This document shows positions 35,426-49,205 of a stretch of 64,000 nt of DNA, piece after piece. Source of the DNA: Callorhinchus milii (lineage: Eukaryota). The position numbers were made by a program, and so were the translations under genes. How positions within the stretch are numbered: position 1 is the first letter of the stretch; every line of letters begins with the position of its first letter. Location of the stretch: the NCBI RefSeq assembly GCF_018977255.1, contig NW_024704742.1, positions 58,220,001-58,284,000 on the forward strand, in the 5' to 3' direction. The notes below the pieces were generated by a model. The model did not search any database, had not been told where the DNA came from, and saw only the letters and a program-made list of their open reading frames with translations.

Positions 35426-35744
35426 CTGTTGGGAACACAAAGGAGAAAAGGGCTGACGCTAAGCAAACTGAGACAAAATACAGAGATGACTTTTTCCCCA
35501 ATATAGTACTCAGTATTTGATCTGGTAGTTTGCTAAGAAGCTTCCGAGCTTCGCTTTATAATGGTGGGCTTTGAATGTTTCACTTTAAGCTTAAACACTT
35601 ATCTAACTGTCTTTCATCAACCTTCCCCCATCAGCCAGCAGTAAAAGACACATTTTTTTTAATAAGCTTGTATTATAGTTATCTGTAAGACAAGCTCTAA
35701 ATTTCACTCTCTTAATTTGTGCCATTCCATTTCTGCCATCTGCA

Positions 35745-36105
35745 ATCTCTACATTCAGCTCAGCAACTATTAGCCAGTCCACACCCTGTGCTCAGCAGGC
35801 TCCAACCTGCTCCAGGACTCCCACCCGATCTGCCCTACCATCGGCGGCCAGGTTTTCAGCCTCTTTGCCCCCACTCTTTGGAACTCCATCCCACAATCCC
35901 GTCGCCTTGCTCCCACCCTTGCCTCCTTCAAAGCACGACTCAAGATCCTCCTTTTTGACCATGCCTTCAGCTGCCCTCCTACTCACTCTGCCCTCCCTCA
36001 TCCCAACCCTGTCCCCCCATTCTAATCCCTGACTGTTCAGTGCCTTGGGACGTCCTACTGACGTGAAAGACGCTTTACAAATGTAATTTTGTTGTTGTTG
36101 TTGCA
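35745..36105 (+). mobile_element. L2-clade LINE 3' fragment
   Basis: ctttggaactcc...ccttcaaagcacgactcaaga...(ttg)n tail, like the 3' end of 47190-49205. Confidence 0.75.
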
Positions 36106-36136
36106 ACAGGTTATCACCAAGACCAACAATCGTTAC

Positions 36137-36301
36137 CTTATCTGAGTCACTGCAAGGCTGAGGTATGACTGAGGATTCCTCACTTTGCTCTCTGTTATTT
36201 GGGTTCTGAATGTTCAGGTTTTTGAAATGAAGCATATTGTACCAGCTAGTGGAGGTCTCGTCATAGCAAGAGACTTCTGCCAGACTAATTTGGGTTCCAG
36301 C
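36137..36301 (-). CDS. WWC2: WWC2 exon (C2 domain end)
   Basis: AGTQISLAEV...WYNML...DSDK. Confidence 0.92.
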
Positions 36302-36639
36302 CTTTAAAGAAGATAAGGAAATCAAAGCAATTTTTCTGACTGCACGAAATAGCAAACAACATTATATGTTCAATAATTTCAGTAAAATTCAAAAGTGTGC
36401 GAGTTTTTTGGGGAAAAGAGTGATGACACAGACCAAGTGAATCCAAACGCCCAGCACTTGCTATTGTCGTGTTCCCAAACAATTTATTAGTCTACCTCAA
36501 TCAAAGTTACTATCAACCAAGCCCAAATTCTTTACATTTACCATTTGGTTGAGATTCTTCATAACACTTTACAGACCAGTGAAAAGCTAGGAGTTTGCTC
36601 TTGCCCTATAATCTCATGTTCTACGATTGCAGTTTTGAA

Positions 36640-37065
36640 CATAGGACAACAGAAGGAGGCTATTCAGTCCATCAAGCCGGTTCCATCAGTTCAGTAGATC
36701 TTGCCAGATCTTTTAATCCTAATGTCCCACCCTTTCACCATATCCCTTAATACCAAGTATCCAAATATCTATCTCACTTTTCAACATCACTATTGATTCC
36801 ACCTCTACAGCTTTCTGAGACAGAGCGTTCTACATCTTCACAAGCCTCTGTGTTAACAGATGCTTCCTGATCTCAGTTTTAACTATCTTTATTCTGATTT
36901 CATGGCTATGCCCTCTTGTAATGGATCCCTCCACCAAAGGGAAGAGTCGTTCACTATGTAATCTGTCAATTTGTTTTATTACTTTATATACCTCAATCAA
37001 ATCACTTCTTAACCTCCTCTACTCTAAGGAATATAACCCAGTCTACCCAGGGTCTCATCATAGCT
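36640..37065 (-). mobile_element. CR1 3' fragment, old
   Basis: Reverse complement resembles the 3' end of the CR1 at 21700-22154. Confidence 0.6.
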
Positions 37066-37368
37066 AAGAGTTCAACAACAGAAAGACACATCAGCAGTCA
37101 TTTGGTAACTGTTACTTAATAAAAGGGATGTAAAGCCTCTATGCTCCCAATCTCTTGAACTCCCTGCTTCAATCCCTCTTTCTTGCCCCCTCCTCGCCCA
37201 TCTTCAAATCACACTTGAAAAATTTCCTTTTCGATCATGCCTTTGGTCACCTCCCCTCTCTCTCCAGTTTTGTATCAAACCACACTTATGTTAAGTGCTC
37301 CAAGATGCTACTCGTATGAAGGGCACTATATAAATGTGTTATTGTTGTAAAGCTCCATTGTCACTCAC

Positions 37369-37561
37369 CAGGCAATCCTCTGTCTGTGACTTCCCCACAG
37401 AGCAGACATCAACTCGTAATGTCTTTTGACGCAAAGCAGTTTGGGCGATGGCTACCCTGAATATCTCGCTGAAGACAAGACTCTCTGCAACACTTTGAAC
37501 TTTTGTGCGGAACAGGCTGCTGGAGTTGCATGAACTTGGCAGCAGTGCAGCCCTGATATAC
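37369..37561 (-). CDS. WWC2: WWC2 exon (C2 domain)
   Basis: YIRAALLPSS...LFRTKV...FSEIFRVAI...QKTLRVDVCSV...EDCL. Confidence 0.94.
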
Positions 37562-38364
37562 CTGCAGGATCAAAAGACAAACTTTTATATAAGAACAATT
37601 GGCCAGCGAATTAGACCATTATGCCGGTCCCGACATTTAATAGCTATTTTTGACGCCAGCTTTTTTCAGTGAATAAGCTATCTTCTGCTCGTGAGATTCA
37701 AACTGCTATCCCTGGCCACTGATCGACAGTAAGCAGAGTGAGGCAGGGGAACCCACTAGGAAAGGTGGGTGGGTCAGAGTCTACACACGGACGCACAGAA
37801 TTTAAAATATATTCTCTCAGTTTGGTTAGGTTTGAATTCTAGATACCTGGAGTCCAATAAGCCAGGGATTTACTGTTTTGTTACTTGCAACTAGTGGAAC
37901 TATTGCTCAATGGTTAAGGAATCCTAGCCAGGAGAATGGTTACACTGCTCTCACACATTTCATAGTGAGTTGTATTGTTTATCAGAAAGTTGCCTAAATT
38001 TCCACGCTGAGGTTAGTGGTTTACTTCTTGATGGTGGTCCCTACAATTACTTGCTTAATGATTTGAGGAATACAAATTGTTTGAAAGTCACTTGCAAGGC
38101 ATCCAGCAACCTTTTAAATAGGATGTAATGAACAAGAAAATGTATTCAAAATAACCACAGAAAATTTGTCCTATACGTCACCACATGGCCTGCTACAAAT
38201 ATTATTTTTTCACATTTAAAGAGAGAACCTAGTGTTGTGGGTGGTGGTGGAGGGAATTAGGGGAATGTCTGAACTGATTGAAGTCCCTTTCATCTCCTTT
38301 CATTGCTCGGTGTGGTGTATCCCTTTAAATGCGGATCTTGTAGGTCTCAGGAAAAAATACTTAC

Positions 38365-38451
38365 ACTTTAGAGCCATCTGGCACCAACAGGACAGTGGGA
38401 TTCCGAAGCTGCATGACGATTATAATAAAATTTGCATTGATGGTATCGTAC
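38365..38451 (-). CDS. WWC2: WWC2 exon (C2 domain)
   Basis: YDTINANFIIIVMQLRNPTVLLVPDGSK. Confidence 0.9.
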
Positions 38452-38544
38452 CTGTGATAAACAAAGTAAAGTTAAAACTTCCAATACAGAAACATGGCGC
38501 AACAACATATTCAACCATCGAGATTCTTTTCTCCAGGTCTCCTT

Positions 38545-38842
38545 TCAGTGCTTCTCGCCTTGCAAGCGAGACATCTGGGTTCAATTCCAGGCAGGCGAAA
38601 CCTTGGGCAAGTTTCCTTACTCCACATGCCTAATAATAATCCGTCCAAAACAAAACAATAATAAATTGTTCATTTTCAATCCATGACTGTTTGTGGGACA
38701 CTGCTGTGTGCAATTGGCTGCCGCATTTCGCCCACAAATATACAGTCAATTCACTTTACAGCATACTCTGTGAAGCGCTTTGAGACATCTAGAAGACATG
38801 AAAAGCGCTATATCAAATGCAAGGATTATTATTATTATTATT
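38545..38842 (+). mobile_element. tRNA-Deu SINE
   Basis: B-box ggttcaattcc, Deu core, (TTA)n tail. Confidence 0.85.
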
Positions 38843-38944
38843 CTCATAGGACATCATGGATATTATCTACCCTTGAGTGTCCATTCATCATGTGATACTA
38901 GATAATGAGTGTCAGCAGATTATTTGTTTGTAATGGTAAGATTA

Positions 38945-39356
38945 ATAATAATAAAATAATCCTTGCATTTGATACAATGCCTTATCACTTTGTTGAGAGG
39001 TCTCAAAGCGCTTCACAGGTTATACTGCAAAGTGGATGGACTACCTATTTTGTCCTGCAAACAGCAATGGAGTGGGTGACCCATTTTATTCTGAGGATTG
39101 TTGGCCAGAACACAGAGAGAATCTCTCTTCTATTTTTGAATAGACCCATGGGATTTTTAACATCCACCTGAACAGGCAGAGTGGACCTCGGTTTAACATC
39201 TCATCCAAAAGACAGCACCTCCGAAAATCTAACATTCCATGCATTGCATTGGAGTGTCACCTTAGACTATGTGAGTTCAAGTCCCAATGTGGGATTTGAA
39301 CCCACAACCTTCTGACTCAGAGGCAAGAGTCATACCACTGAGCCAAGCTGACACAC
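38945..39356 (-). mobile_element. Older tRNA-Deu SINE family, near full length
   Basis: tRNA-like head (gtgtcagcttggctcagtgg...gttgtgggttcaaatccc on the minus strand) and the shared tail. Confidence 0.75.
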
Positions 39357-40523
39357 AGGATTGATGATGTTGGCTCAGAGCGTTGAGAATATATCTCCTA
39401 GACTCATTATGGACAACCCTGAAGTCAGCAATAATCTGACTGAGACTCTGCTTACCTCACCCCTCAGGAGAATACTTTAAAAAAATGTATTCATTTTATT
39501 GGCTCCAAAAGAGTGACGGGTTGAATGAACCAATTCCAAAGCTACAACCTTCTGGTTCCTTGTTAATTTCCCCCCTCAATAGCACAGACTTACTGAGGTG
39601 AATTGCAGCACCAGCTAACTCAGCACAGATTGGAGCAATCAAATCTTTGGTCTTCTCATTCTTATGGCATAATGAATGCACCAGGCAATATTTTTACCAG
39701 CCAGGCCATCAGGGAGACAACCGTGCAATTTATGATTCATCATTTTGCATGTTTGTCACATTTGCTGAATTTCAGTGGAGTGTGATTATTTATTATCAGC
39801 CCCAATATGATATAATGTGTAGAGAAAAGAATAAATCACTGTATTTCTGGAAGTAATATCACTTGCTCCCAGCAGGCAGCAATAAATAAGGGCTACTATT
39901 ACCACGTCAAATGTTTTCAGATCCCCAGAAAGCATGTTCAAGTTGTATAGTACTCTGGTCAGGATGCACCTGGCATACTGTTTACCATTTGGTTGCCATT
40001 ACAACAACAAATAACAACAAACTGCACTTATATAGTTCCTTAGGGGACATCCCAAAACTTTGGGGGGCGAAGGTATGCCTAACACAGGGTGTCGCCCAAA
40101 TACTCAAAGCTGTAGAGGGGAGACCAACAAGGTTAGTATTCGAGGAATGAGCTTGAACACTGGATAGACAAGCTTTGAAGGAGACGTCTCAGATTTTATA
40201 CAGATACACTGTATTTTAAATGGGATTATGAAAGTAAATCCAGAATAATACTTTCAGATATGCCAAGATAGCAGAACTAAAGGGAACAGATTCAGGGTTG
40301 TAAAGGGCAATGTATGGACAGACACTGTGTAGAATTTCATTACACAGAAGGGAATTAACAATTGGAACAGTTTACAAGAAGAATAGGTGAGACCAGTATG
40401 CTGTACTCATTCAAGAAACAGTTTGATGTTATGATGGGAATATGGTAGATCGGGGATTTTGGAAGGATGATCTTAAAATGGACCGAAGGGCCTTATTCAC
40501 CTGAAGCTCTCTCAACCACTTAC

Positions 40524-40604
40524 TTCAGTCCTATTTGGATTTGAGCTGCATCTGAAGTGTTGAGATCATCGTCATCGTAAACCGCATCTTCAGCTTCATT
40601 TGAC
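40524..40604 (-). CDS. WWC2: WWC2 exon (C2 domain start)
   Basis: SNEAEDAVYDDDDLNTSDAAQIQIGL. Confidence 0.9.
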
Positions 40605-40905
40605 CTAATTATGAAAATGTTTCTAAGTAATAAATTATTGCAGTGTGCAAGTCATTCTCTGCAGTGTTGGTTTTGGATAAAGTGCACACACACACACACA
40701 CACACACACATACATGTTTTGCTGTATTACTCATTTTGCCATATTTGCAATAGGTATCAAAACAGATGACAGTACGATTTGTAATCATGCAGATTTACAC
40801 AATTAGTTGTGTAATTCTGATAATTAACCCATAACATGGTTGAAATCTAAAATTTAAAGCTGTAAGGTTCCTAGGGTAAAAGCAATCACAATGGCTCAGT
40901 GGATT

Positions 40906-41961
40906 CAGGGTGGTCCAATTGGCAGGCCACATCCTATCAGGGGATAATTTAATTCGGCCCGCAAATCATTTCCAAACTCTCTCCCTTCCCGGTGATCCGT
41001 CCTCGCATTCCAGCAGCTCAATGCTTGGGAATGGAAATAAAGCCCCCTGTTGCTGCAGTCTGTCAGTCAGCCCCTCTCGAGCTGAGGGAAGGCAAACAGA
41101 TCTCCTGACCCACCCTGTCCTCCCGGCCGCCAGCTCCTGCTGCTGCCTAATAGTGTGCCACCCAGGCGCATGGCTGGGAGAGCGGCCGTTCCCGCTGTCC
41201 AGAAAATGAGCCACGCGCCTGATTGAAAGAGAGAGGAGGGGAGACAGAGAGTGATTGAGTGAGGAGGATTGGGTAGAGACAGAGAGAGAGAGAGAGAGTC
41301 TGTGTGATCATTTGTGAGAGAGGGGAGAGAGGTTGTGAGAAAGAATAATTGAGAGTGAGAGTGTGGAGACTGTTTGTGTGAAAGAGGGGAGAGAGTGAAT
41401 GATCAATAGAGAGGGGGGAGGGTGATAGAGAGTGTGAGATAGAGTAGGAAGAGGGAGGGAGGGAGGGAGGGGAGAAGTGAGGGCAGTGTTTTGTGGTTCT
41501 CTGTCAGGACAGATGATCGGAATCTCCCTCGGCCACCGCAGGGGTGGACTAAGTACAGACACTGAATGAGGTGCCGTGTAGTTTCTTCACAGAAAGCTCC
41601 CTCTTTCCCCATTGAGAAGCCTTCATCCCCCACCCCATCCTACCTCTGAGACCTTCTGATCCAGTTGTTCCATTTGCCCAGCAAACACTGGCTTGCATCA
41701 TGTCCCCACGCTCTCACCATCACCATTTCACCCCCTCTATCTGGAGTTCCATTCCCCAAGTTCCTCCGACTCACTTGCTCCCTCCCTTCCTTCTTTCAAG
41801 ACACATCAGGACTTAACTCTGACTGCGCTTTCGATTACCTTTTCCATCCCACCTCCCTCGGCTCCCACCTCCCTCGGCTCCCACCCCCAGCTCGGGTGAC
41901 CAGGCGGCAGTCTCAAATCCGGCATCCGGTCCTCAGCAGCCAGAAAAGTTGGACCACCCTG
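40906..41961. mobile_element. Non-autonomous hAT-like DNA transposon remnant
   Basis: Perfect 13-bp TIR CAGGGTGGTCCAA (40906-40918) / TTGGACCACCCTG (41949-41961). No 8-bp TSD recognisable. Confidence 0.6.
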
Positions 41962-42254
41962 CATTATAATACGATACTGAGTAATAAAAACCAGGAAGGT
42001 CAGAGGTTCATGCTGAGCTCTGCAAGAGCAGATTTATGCAACAGCAGTGAGCAAGGAAGAAGGCAGCAGATGGCGGAAGGGAGAATTGTACTGTAAAATA
42101 TATGAATAAGGCAAACAAGAATGTGTTTCCTGAGCCTTTTCTGGAATATTTCTTTAGCAAGAGCTATGTGACATTTGATATCCAGGGCTATAATTGGCGC
42201 ACTATCTTACTGCACTCTTTAACTGTTGTGATATGCACAACAAATTGCACATAC

Positions 42255-42378
42255 CGTTTGACAGAAGCCTCATAAACTCCACTGTCTCCAGCGACGGATT
42301 CATCAGAAACGGCAGCAGACACACACGTGGTTTTCTCTTCAAGTAGATGACCCACCGGTCCTCCTTGTAGATCGACAG
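42255..42378 (-). CDS. WWC2: WWC2 exon
   Basis: VDLQGG...TCVSAAVSDESVAGDSGVYEASVK, a conserved WWC motif. Confidence 0.95.
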
Positions 42379-45300
42379 CTGTACAAATGCAGAGCACGCA
42401 GACCCCATCAACTTGACCTGAAGCAGCACACAGTTTTCTAATCCCTACAGACACAGCATGGTTTACCATTCCTCAAACCACCTCCCACCTCTTCAACCGT
42501 GCCTTTGGTCACTTCCTTCCCACCTTCTGTGCAGCAGAAGCTGGGATGTTTAGATTTGAAGATATTGGTTATATCCCTTTGGTCAAGGGATGTTTTCCTC
42601 ATAGATTTTTGAAGGAAGGGAGATAGTTAATGAGGCAATGTAGTTTTGGAAGTGATTTTCAGGGGACATGGCATGGTGGTTAAGTCTCAGCCACTGATGA
42701 TGGAGGAATGGGAGTAAGAAAACATCAATAAACTAGAGGTGGAAGAGAATAGCTTATAGGCTGGAAAGGATTGTACAGGTGTGGTTCAGTGTGGAGTAAT
42801 TTGAAGCCAAGGATCTTAACTGTAATCCTCTGAGGTACCAACTCAGCTTGGTTGAGTATGTGGGTATAACAACAACTTGCATTTATATAGCACCCTTCAC
42901 ACAGTTAGCATCTATGAGAGTTTAATAGTAGCGTGGCTTGATGCTGAGCCAGAAAAGGGAGAGGTGATCAAAGGCACAATCAAAGAGGAAAGTCTTCAGG
43001 TGTGATTTGAGGATAGGCAAAAAGAGGGAAAGATGGGAGGGATTAAGTCAGGGAATTCCAACAATTTGGGGCTTAGTGGCCGGCAATGTGAAGTATAGGA
43101 GACGAGAGATGTGCAGCAAACCAATGACAGCTGAGCGAAGGCCGTGGGAATAGGAGGGGGTGTCACAAGATCGAAGTGGCAGCAGGGTGCTAGGGCATGA
43201 ATAGGTTTGTAAGTGAGAGCGAGGATCGTGAAATTAATCCGTTCTGCAACAGGAAGCTAGTGATTCATGGCAAGGATTGGGGTGTCAGCGGTGTGGAGCC
43301 TTGTGAGGGAAAGAAGTTGGGCTGTAGAGATCTGGACCAGATAAAGTTTTGGAGAGTGCAGCTATGGAGAACAGTGAAAAGAGTATTCTAAAAGCATATC
43401 CTCAAGGTGACAAAGGCAAAATAATGATTTCTACAACAGTAAGATGTTATAGGGGTAAGTGAGCAATGTTTCAGAGGGGGAAGAATGGACTAGATGTGGG
43501 GTTTGAAGTTCAACTCAGGGTCAAGCTGAAAAAGAGTTTTGTCCTATTCATAGGAAAACAAACTAGTCACAAAGCACTAATCTGGGATTCTACCCTGCGT
43601 GAGGGGTGCTATGGTAATCCAAATTGTTGTTGTAATCATCTGTTATTGTAATCATCTGTTGGGGAAAACAAATTGCTCTTGTGCACTGCTGTCAGTGGCC
43701 AAGTGGGGGCACTGCAACTTTGATTTTTAATATTCTGACAATTAGAAATGTAATATATAATGATGGGCATATTTGTGCTTTTCTCCTCTTTAAAAAAAAT
43801 GACACTGTTGGGAAAAAGGAATAGTTCGATACATTAATACTCTTCTCAACTTCGCTTCTTCGGTTACCACAGAACCAAAGAAATTTACTGCACAGGAGAA
43901 GGCCGTTCGTCCCATCGCTTCTGTGCTGGTTCTTTTAAGAGCAATCCTTTCAGTTAAGTAACAAGTTGTAGTTCAGGTTAGTAACAAGCTGTAGTTCAGG
44001 TTAGTAACAAGCTGTAGTTGGTTCTCATGGATTGTCCTGGTCTTGTGACACAATAAGAGATTGATCAGCTCAAACATGGCTAAAGCGATCAACGTTGAAG
44101 CTTTTGATTCTGGTAATGCATATATTAGTGCCAGAATAATCATAATCAGGATTATTAAAAGGAATATTTGCGCCAAACCAATTCTAAAAACACACAAGTT
44201 AAAGAATGTGAAAATACTTTCTATTAAATGGAAATGGCTTTTTTTTGAAGAATGTGTTTCATGGTTGACTTGTGTTTCATAGATGACTAATTTGAACATG
44301 AACTGCAATGTCAGACAGTGAGTAGCTTTCACTGAGCAACACTGGAATTAACTCAAATTTAGCTGAATTACATTTATTTGGGAAGATCAGCGTTTTTGTC
44401 AATAATAAACTGGGCTTGAAACATTTCTGCTGGTGTGAATGGTCGCATTATTGGACCTTGAAATTAACTTTTGGAGAGGGATCCGCTGGATGTCTGATAT
44501 ACTTAGTAACTGATTGCTATGCTTAAGAGTATGCAAAGCAGATTGACAGTTCCACGCACATATGTCAGATACACATGTAAATTTCCCCCGTGTCTGCAAT
44601 GCAATGTGTTCTCTTTGGCTGGACTGACCTACCTTGCTTATCTAATTTCAGGACGTTGGTAAGAGCTGAGGCTTGGGGAAGCCAATGTATATCAGGGGAT
44701 GCTGGCAGACTTGTATCAGCTAAAACCACCCAGCTTCATACTTCTAGTCCAGCTAGGACCACCCTAAGCTCCAGGGCTTCGGCTCTCTCACGTTCCTCTT
44801 GCTCCTCTGTTCATCTCCTGTTCATTCTGGTTTTGATGTGTAACTCCCATCCTATCAGTGGCTAGCTTTCATATTCTATACTCTTCTCCTTTGGAACGCT
44901 TTCTCTCTGCCTCCCCGTCTCGCCTCTGTCTGTCATCAAATTCCAACTGACCTGCCCTTTGACAGCAACTATGGTCAACCTCCTTGTTGTTGGACCTCAT
45001 AACTGTGAGGTACTTCAAGATCTTATCCCCTGTGAAGGGCGCTATATAAATGCAAGTTATTGTTGTTGTTGTTATAGGGTTAATAAGAACTGAGCAGGAA
45101 AAATGCCTCCTACCAGTGACAGTTTGCTCTCCAAGTCCTGCTGACAAGCCAGGCTGACGCCTGTGATCAACAGTGCCTTGGAGTACTGTGGACCAACCTG
45201 GCTAAGGAACCAGACTTCTGAGAACCATTACAGAGGATCAAGCTATCTCAGCTCCAAGGAGATCCCACTTCCCCAAGGAGCACAGAAAATAATCACCTCC

Positions 45301-45651
45301 TGATGCAAATTCTTGCTTTCAACAGGAAAGTCCCTGCATGTCACTCCTAATCGTGAGAATTCATCTCCAACCCACAATTGCATCAAACCTGAAGATTCAT
45401 GAGTCTGAGTAATGTGTTCATATATGATATATGTTTATATACGTTCAGGAGGTGAGACTGGGAGAAACTTCCTTCATTTTTGAATAGGCAGATGGGACCT
45501 TGGTTGAACACCTAATCCAAAGGACAGCATCTCAGTGAATGCTGCAATCTCCCAGCATTGTACTGGAGTACCAGCCTAGACTGTGAATTCAGCATTTACT
45601 GTTATTCTGTAATAATCGCACACTTACTTCTAAGTGATGAAATCTCCTTAC

Positions 45652-46334
45652 CTGCAATGCCTTCACTTAGAGTCGAGAGAGGAACCGCAAGGTCATCATT
45701 AAGGCCTTTAACTTCATTCAGGTATTGCCCAGTTCTGTTTGAAATTCCAGATTCAAGGTTCAGGTAAGGTGCTTGAGTCCTGGTAGCTTGGTCAGGCTCG
45801 AGCAAGATTTGGTTTTCACTATTGCCATACAATCTGAGACCTGGGAAATCGCGTTGCATTTCACACTCTTCGAAGTCTGCACCGAGGTGATGCAAGGGCG
45901 AATCTTGGGCTGATGATAGAAATACTGCATCTGAGACGAGCGGAGAACCAGGGGGAGACAAGGAGGAAAGCGAGGATCTGGAGGATAATGAGGTCACGGA
46001 TTTCGGTGGCTCAACTAATGATTTCACAGCATGTCCTGCAGCAGAGGAGTCAGCAGATTCCCCGAAATGCAGGTTTTTGTGGGACTTGACCACCTCGTTT
46101 TCATGGATGGTGGTTATGGGCCCCGAAGGAATGTAACCAGTCTTTTCTTGAAGCATGAAGTCCAGCTTGTACTGGTAGTCCAAATCAGGCACTTGATCTG
46201 ACTGATTGTAATAAAGGTCGGTAGAGCTAAGCGAGTTCAGAGATCCCCTGCTGGACGTATTGAGGGACCCCCGGCTGGATGTCAGTGACCCAAGGCTGCT
46301 CCCAGAGGAAACGGACAATGTGCTGGCTGACAAG
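45652..46334 (-). CDS. WWC2: WWC2 large Ser-rich exon
   Basis: LSASTLSVSSGSSLGSLTSSRGSLNTSSRGSLNSLSSTDLYY...ITTIHENEV...SLSSRSSLSSLSPPGSP. Donor G|GTAAGG. Confidence 0.96.
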
Positions 46335-47189
46335 CTGTAAAACAAGAGGAATTAGGTGAGGAAAGCTTTTACGATATATTTCTTTAATAAAACTGTAGTT
46401 ACGGCAATTCTGATTTCATGATGACTTGTTATTAGCAGTACCGACTCAATGGTCTATTATTTTTTATCAATTTCATAAGTGTACAGAGTGGATTTAGGAG
46501 AGAGTTATTATTCTTTGTGTACTTTGTGGTCCACATCTTTGTATATACACCTGAATGATTGTATGCCCATTTATCATTTTTGCTTCATGCTTTTAGAAGA
46601 GTAATTTTTTTCCCCTCTTTCCCCATATGCTATATATTCATCAAATGCTTATCCAATTTCCTTTAAAATATTGTAATGCTCTCTGTCTCAATCGTGTGAA
46701 AGACAAATTGATATTCCCCATTAATGATATGTTTTTTTTCACCAGATGTGACTGCGTAGTATTTTGAATGTGTCCTTACCGGGCTTAAAATGTTAAAGCT
46801 GCGGAAAGGGACGATTTAGTCAGCAGTGAATCAGATTATGCATTAGAAGTCTTTGGCTCCCAAATGCAAAGCCAAAGGAAAATAGTTGTTGAGTTGCCAA
46901 ATTCACCGTGACTGCAGGTCGTAAGTGTGGTGCTCTGATCACAAGACTTATCCCACTTGTAATTTACGACATCAGTTGGTAGTTCATAAGAGAGAAGCAG
47001 CTGGCATCACAGTGCTGTCCAGCTACGTCAGAAACCCAGTACCACACTGTGTGAGAATATTTGGCACAAGTTTGCAAAAGCCTTGGTGTACACTGGGGTA
47101 CTGCTAGAGTTAACCAGCTAAAATGCACAGCTGTCTGGCAATCAACCCATTATTTGTCCAGCTAGGACCACTGGAACAGTCAGGTTTGC

Positions 47190-49205
47190 GTGGAAAGCTC
47201 ACTCTCCACCACTCTCGATTCCCTTGCTCCCCTCACTTCCAAAACAGTCTCCTACTCACGAAAGTCACCATGGTACACCAGCCACCTCCACTCCCTTAAA
47301 GCACAAGTGGATGCCGCTGAACGCACCTGGCTTAAATCGAACTTAACGGTCCATCAGCAGATCTGGCTGGAACATATCAAATACTACCGCTCCGCCTTCG
47401 CCTCTGCTAAATCGTCATTCTACTCCAAGATAATCTTGGAGGCCAAGGACAACCCCAGGCTCTTCTTCTCCATTACCAACCAGCTGCTCCGCCCACCCTC
47501 TCACGCCTCGCCCATCCTCACCTCCAATGCCAACTGTGAAGCGATGCTGGACTTCCTTGAATCCAAAGTTGAGGGAATCCATTCAGCTGCCTCTGCCCTT
47601 CCATCTATTACCCCATCCCCATCTCCCCTCTCATCCCGGCCCCTAACCATCCCTCCCTCCACACCTTCGAACCAGTCTCCGCTCCTCTCTCATAACCTGT
47701 ATGAAACCAATCACACGTGCCCTCAACCTCATCCCTACCCATCTCTTTATCTCCCAGCTCCACCTCCTTGAATCTCTACTCACATAAACCTCTCCCCGTC
47801 CACTGGTACCATTCGCTCCTTCCTCTCCCGCCACTTCCTTCACAAGCCCCTCCAATCGGGTTTCCGTGCCACCCAGCACAGAAACACCTTTAGGTCAAAG
47901 TGATAAATGACATTCTGTCCATCTGCAACAAGGGCTCCCTCTACCTCCTTGTCCTCCTTGACCTCTCTGCTGCCTTCGACACCGTTGACCACTCTATCCT
48001 TCTCCACCACCACTCCTCTTGGCTCTGTCCGTGACTGGTTCATATCATACCTCTCACACTGCCTCCACTTCAACTCCACAAATGGTTTCTCCTCTAGCCC
48101 CCGTACCATCTCATGCAACTTTCCTCAGGGCTCTGTCCTTGGTTCCCTCCTCTTCACTCTCTATATGCTCCCCCTTGGTGACATCATCCACAGACATGGG
48201 GTCAACTTCCACATGTATGCGGATGACACCCAACTCTACCTCTCTGCCTCCACCCTTGACTCCAGGACCACTGCTGTCCTGACAGAATGTCTGTGAGACA
48301 TCAAGTCCGAGATGAGAGCTAACTTTCTTTAGTGGAACATCAACAAGACCGAGGCTCTCCTGATTGGCTCCAGTCAGCACCTCCAAATCTCAGGCGCTGA
48401 CAGCATCACCATCCATGGTTGCACACTCCACCTTATTGAGCCAGTCCGGAACCTTGGCATCTTGTTTTACCCTCAAATATCCTTTCTACCCCACATCCAT
48501 GCCATGGCCTGCTTTGCCTTCCCCACCTCCACAACATTGCCCAGCTCCGCCACTGTCTCACACTGCAGGCCGCCGAGACCCTCATACACACATTCATAAC
48601 ATCATAGCTTGACTATGCAAACGCCTTGCTTGTCGGCCTCCCCAACTCCTCTCTCCATAGGCTGCAGATCATCCAGAACTCTGCAGCCCGTGAACTCTCC
48701 CGCACCAGGCTCCGTAACCCTATCACCCCCATCCTCACCTAACTACACTGGCTTCCCATCACTCAGAGGATACAATTCAAGGCCCTGGCCCTCACCTTCA
48801 AAGCCCTCCATGGGCTTGCTCCCCCTTACCTCTGCGACTTCCTAACCCCCTACCATCCTGCCCGCTCCCTCCACTCAGCGGGCTCCAGCCTGCTTCATGT
48901 CCCCCGCCTCGCCTGCCCACCATTGGCAGTGGGCCTTCTGCCACTCTGCCCCTACCCTCTGGAACTCCATCCTGCAGTCCCTCCACCTCACCCCCTCCCT
49001 CGCCTCCTTCAAGGCCCATCTCAAGACCCTACTCTTCAACCGTGCTTTCGATCTCCCTGCTTCCCCCCCCTGCCCTCCACCCTCCCCGACCCCCAGTTCG
49101 GATCCAAAACACTGACTGTCCAGTGCCTTGGGACGTCCTCCTAACGTGAAAGATGCTATATACATGTAATTTTGTTGTTGTTGTTGTTGTTGCTGCTGTT
49201 GTTGA
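47190..49205 (+). mobile_element. L2-clade LINE, 5'-truncated, degraded ORF2
   Basis: [38 protein letters not shown] and FKAHLKTLLF motifs. (TTG)n tail. Confidence 0.9.
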
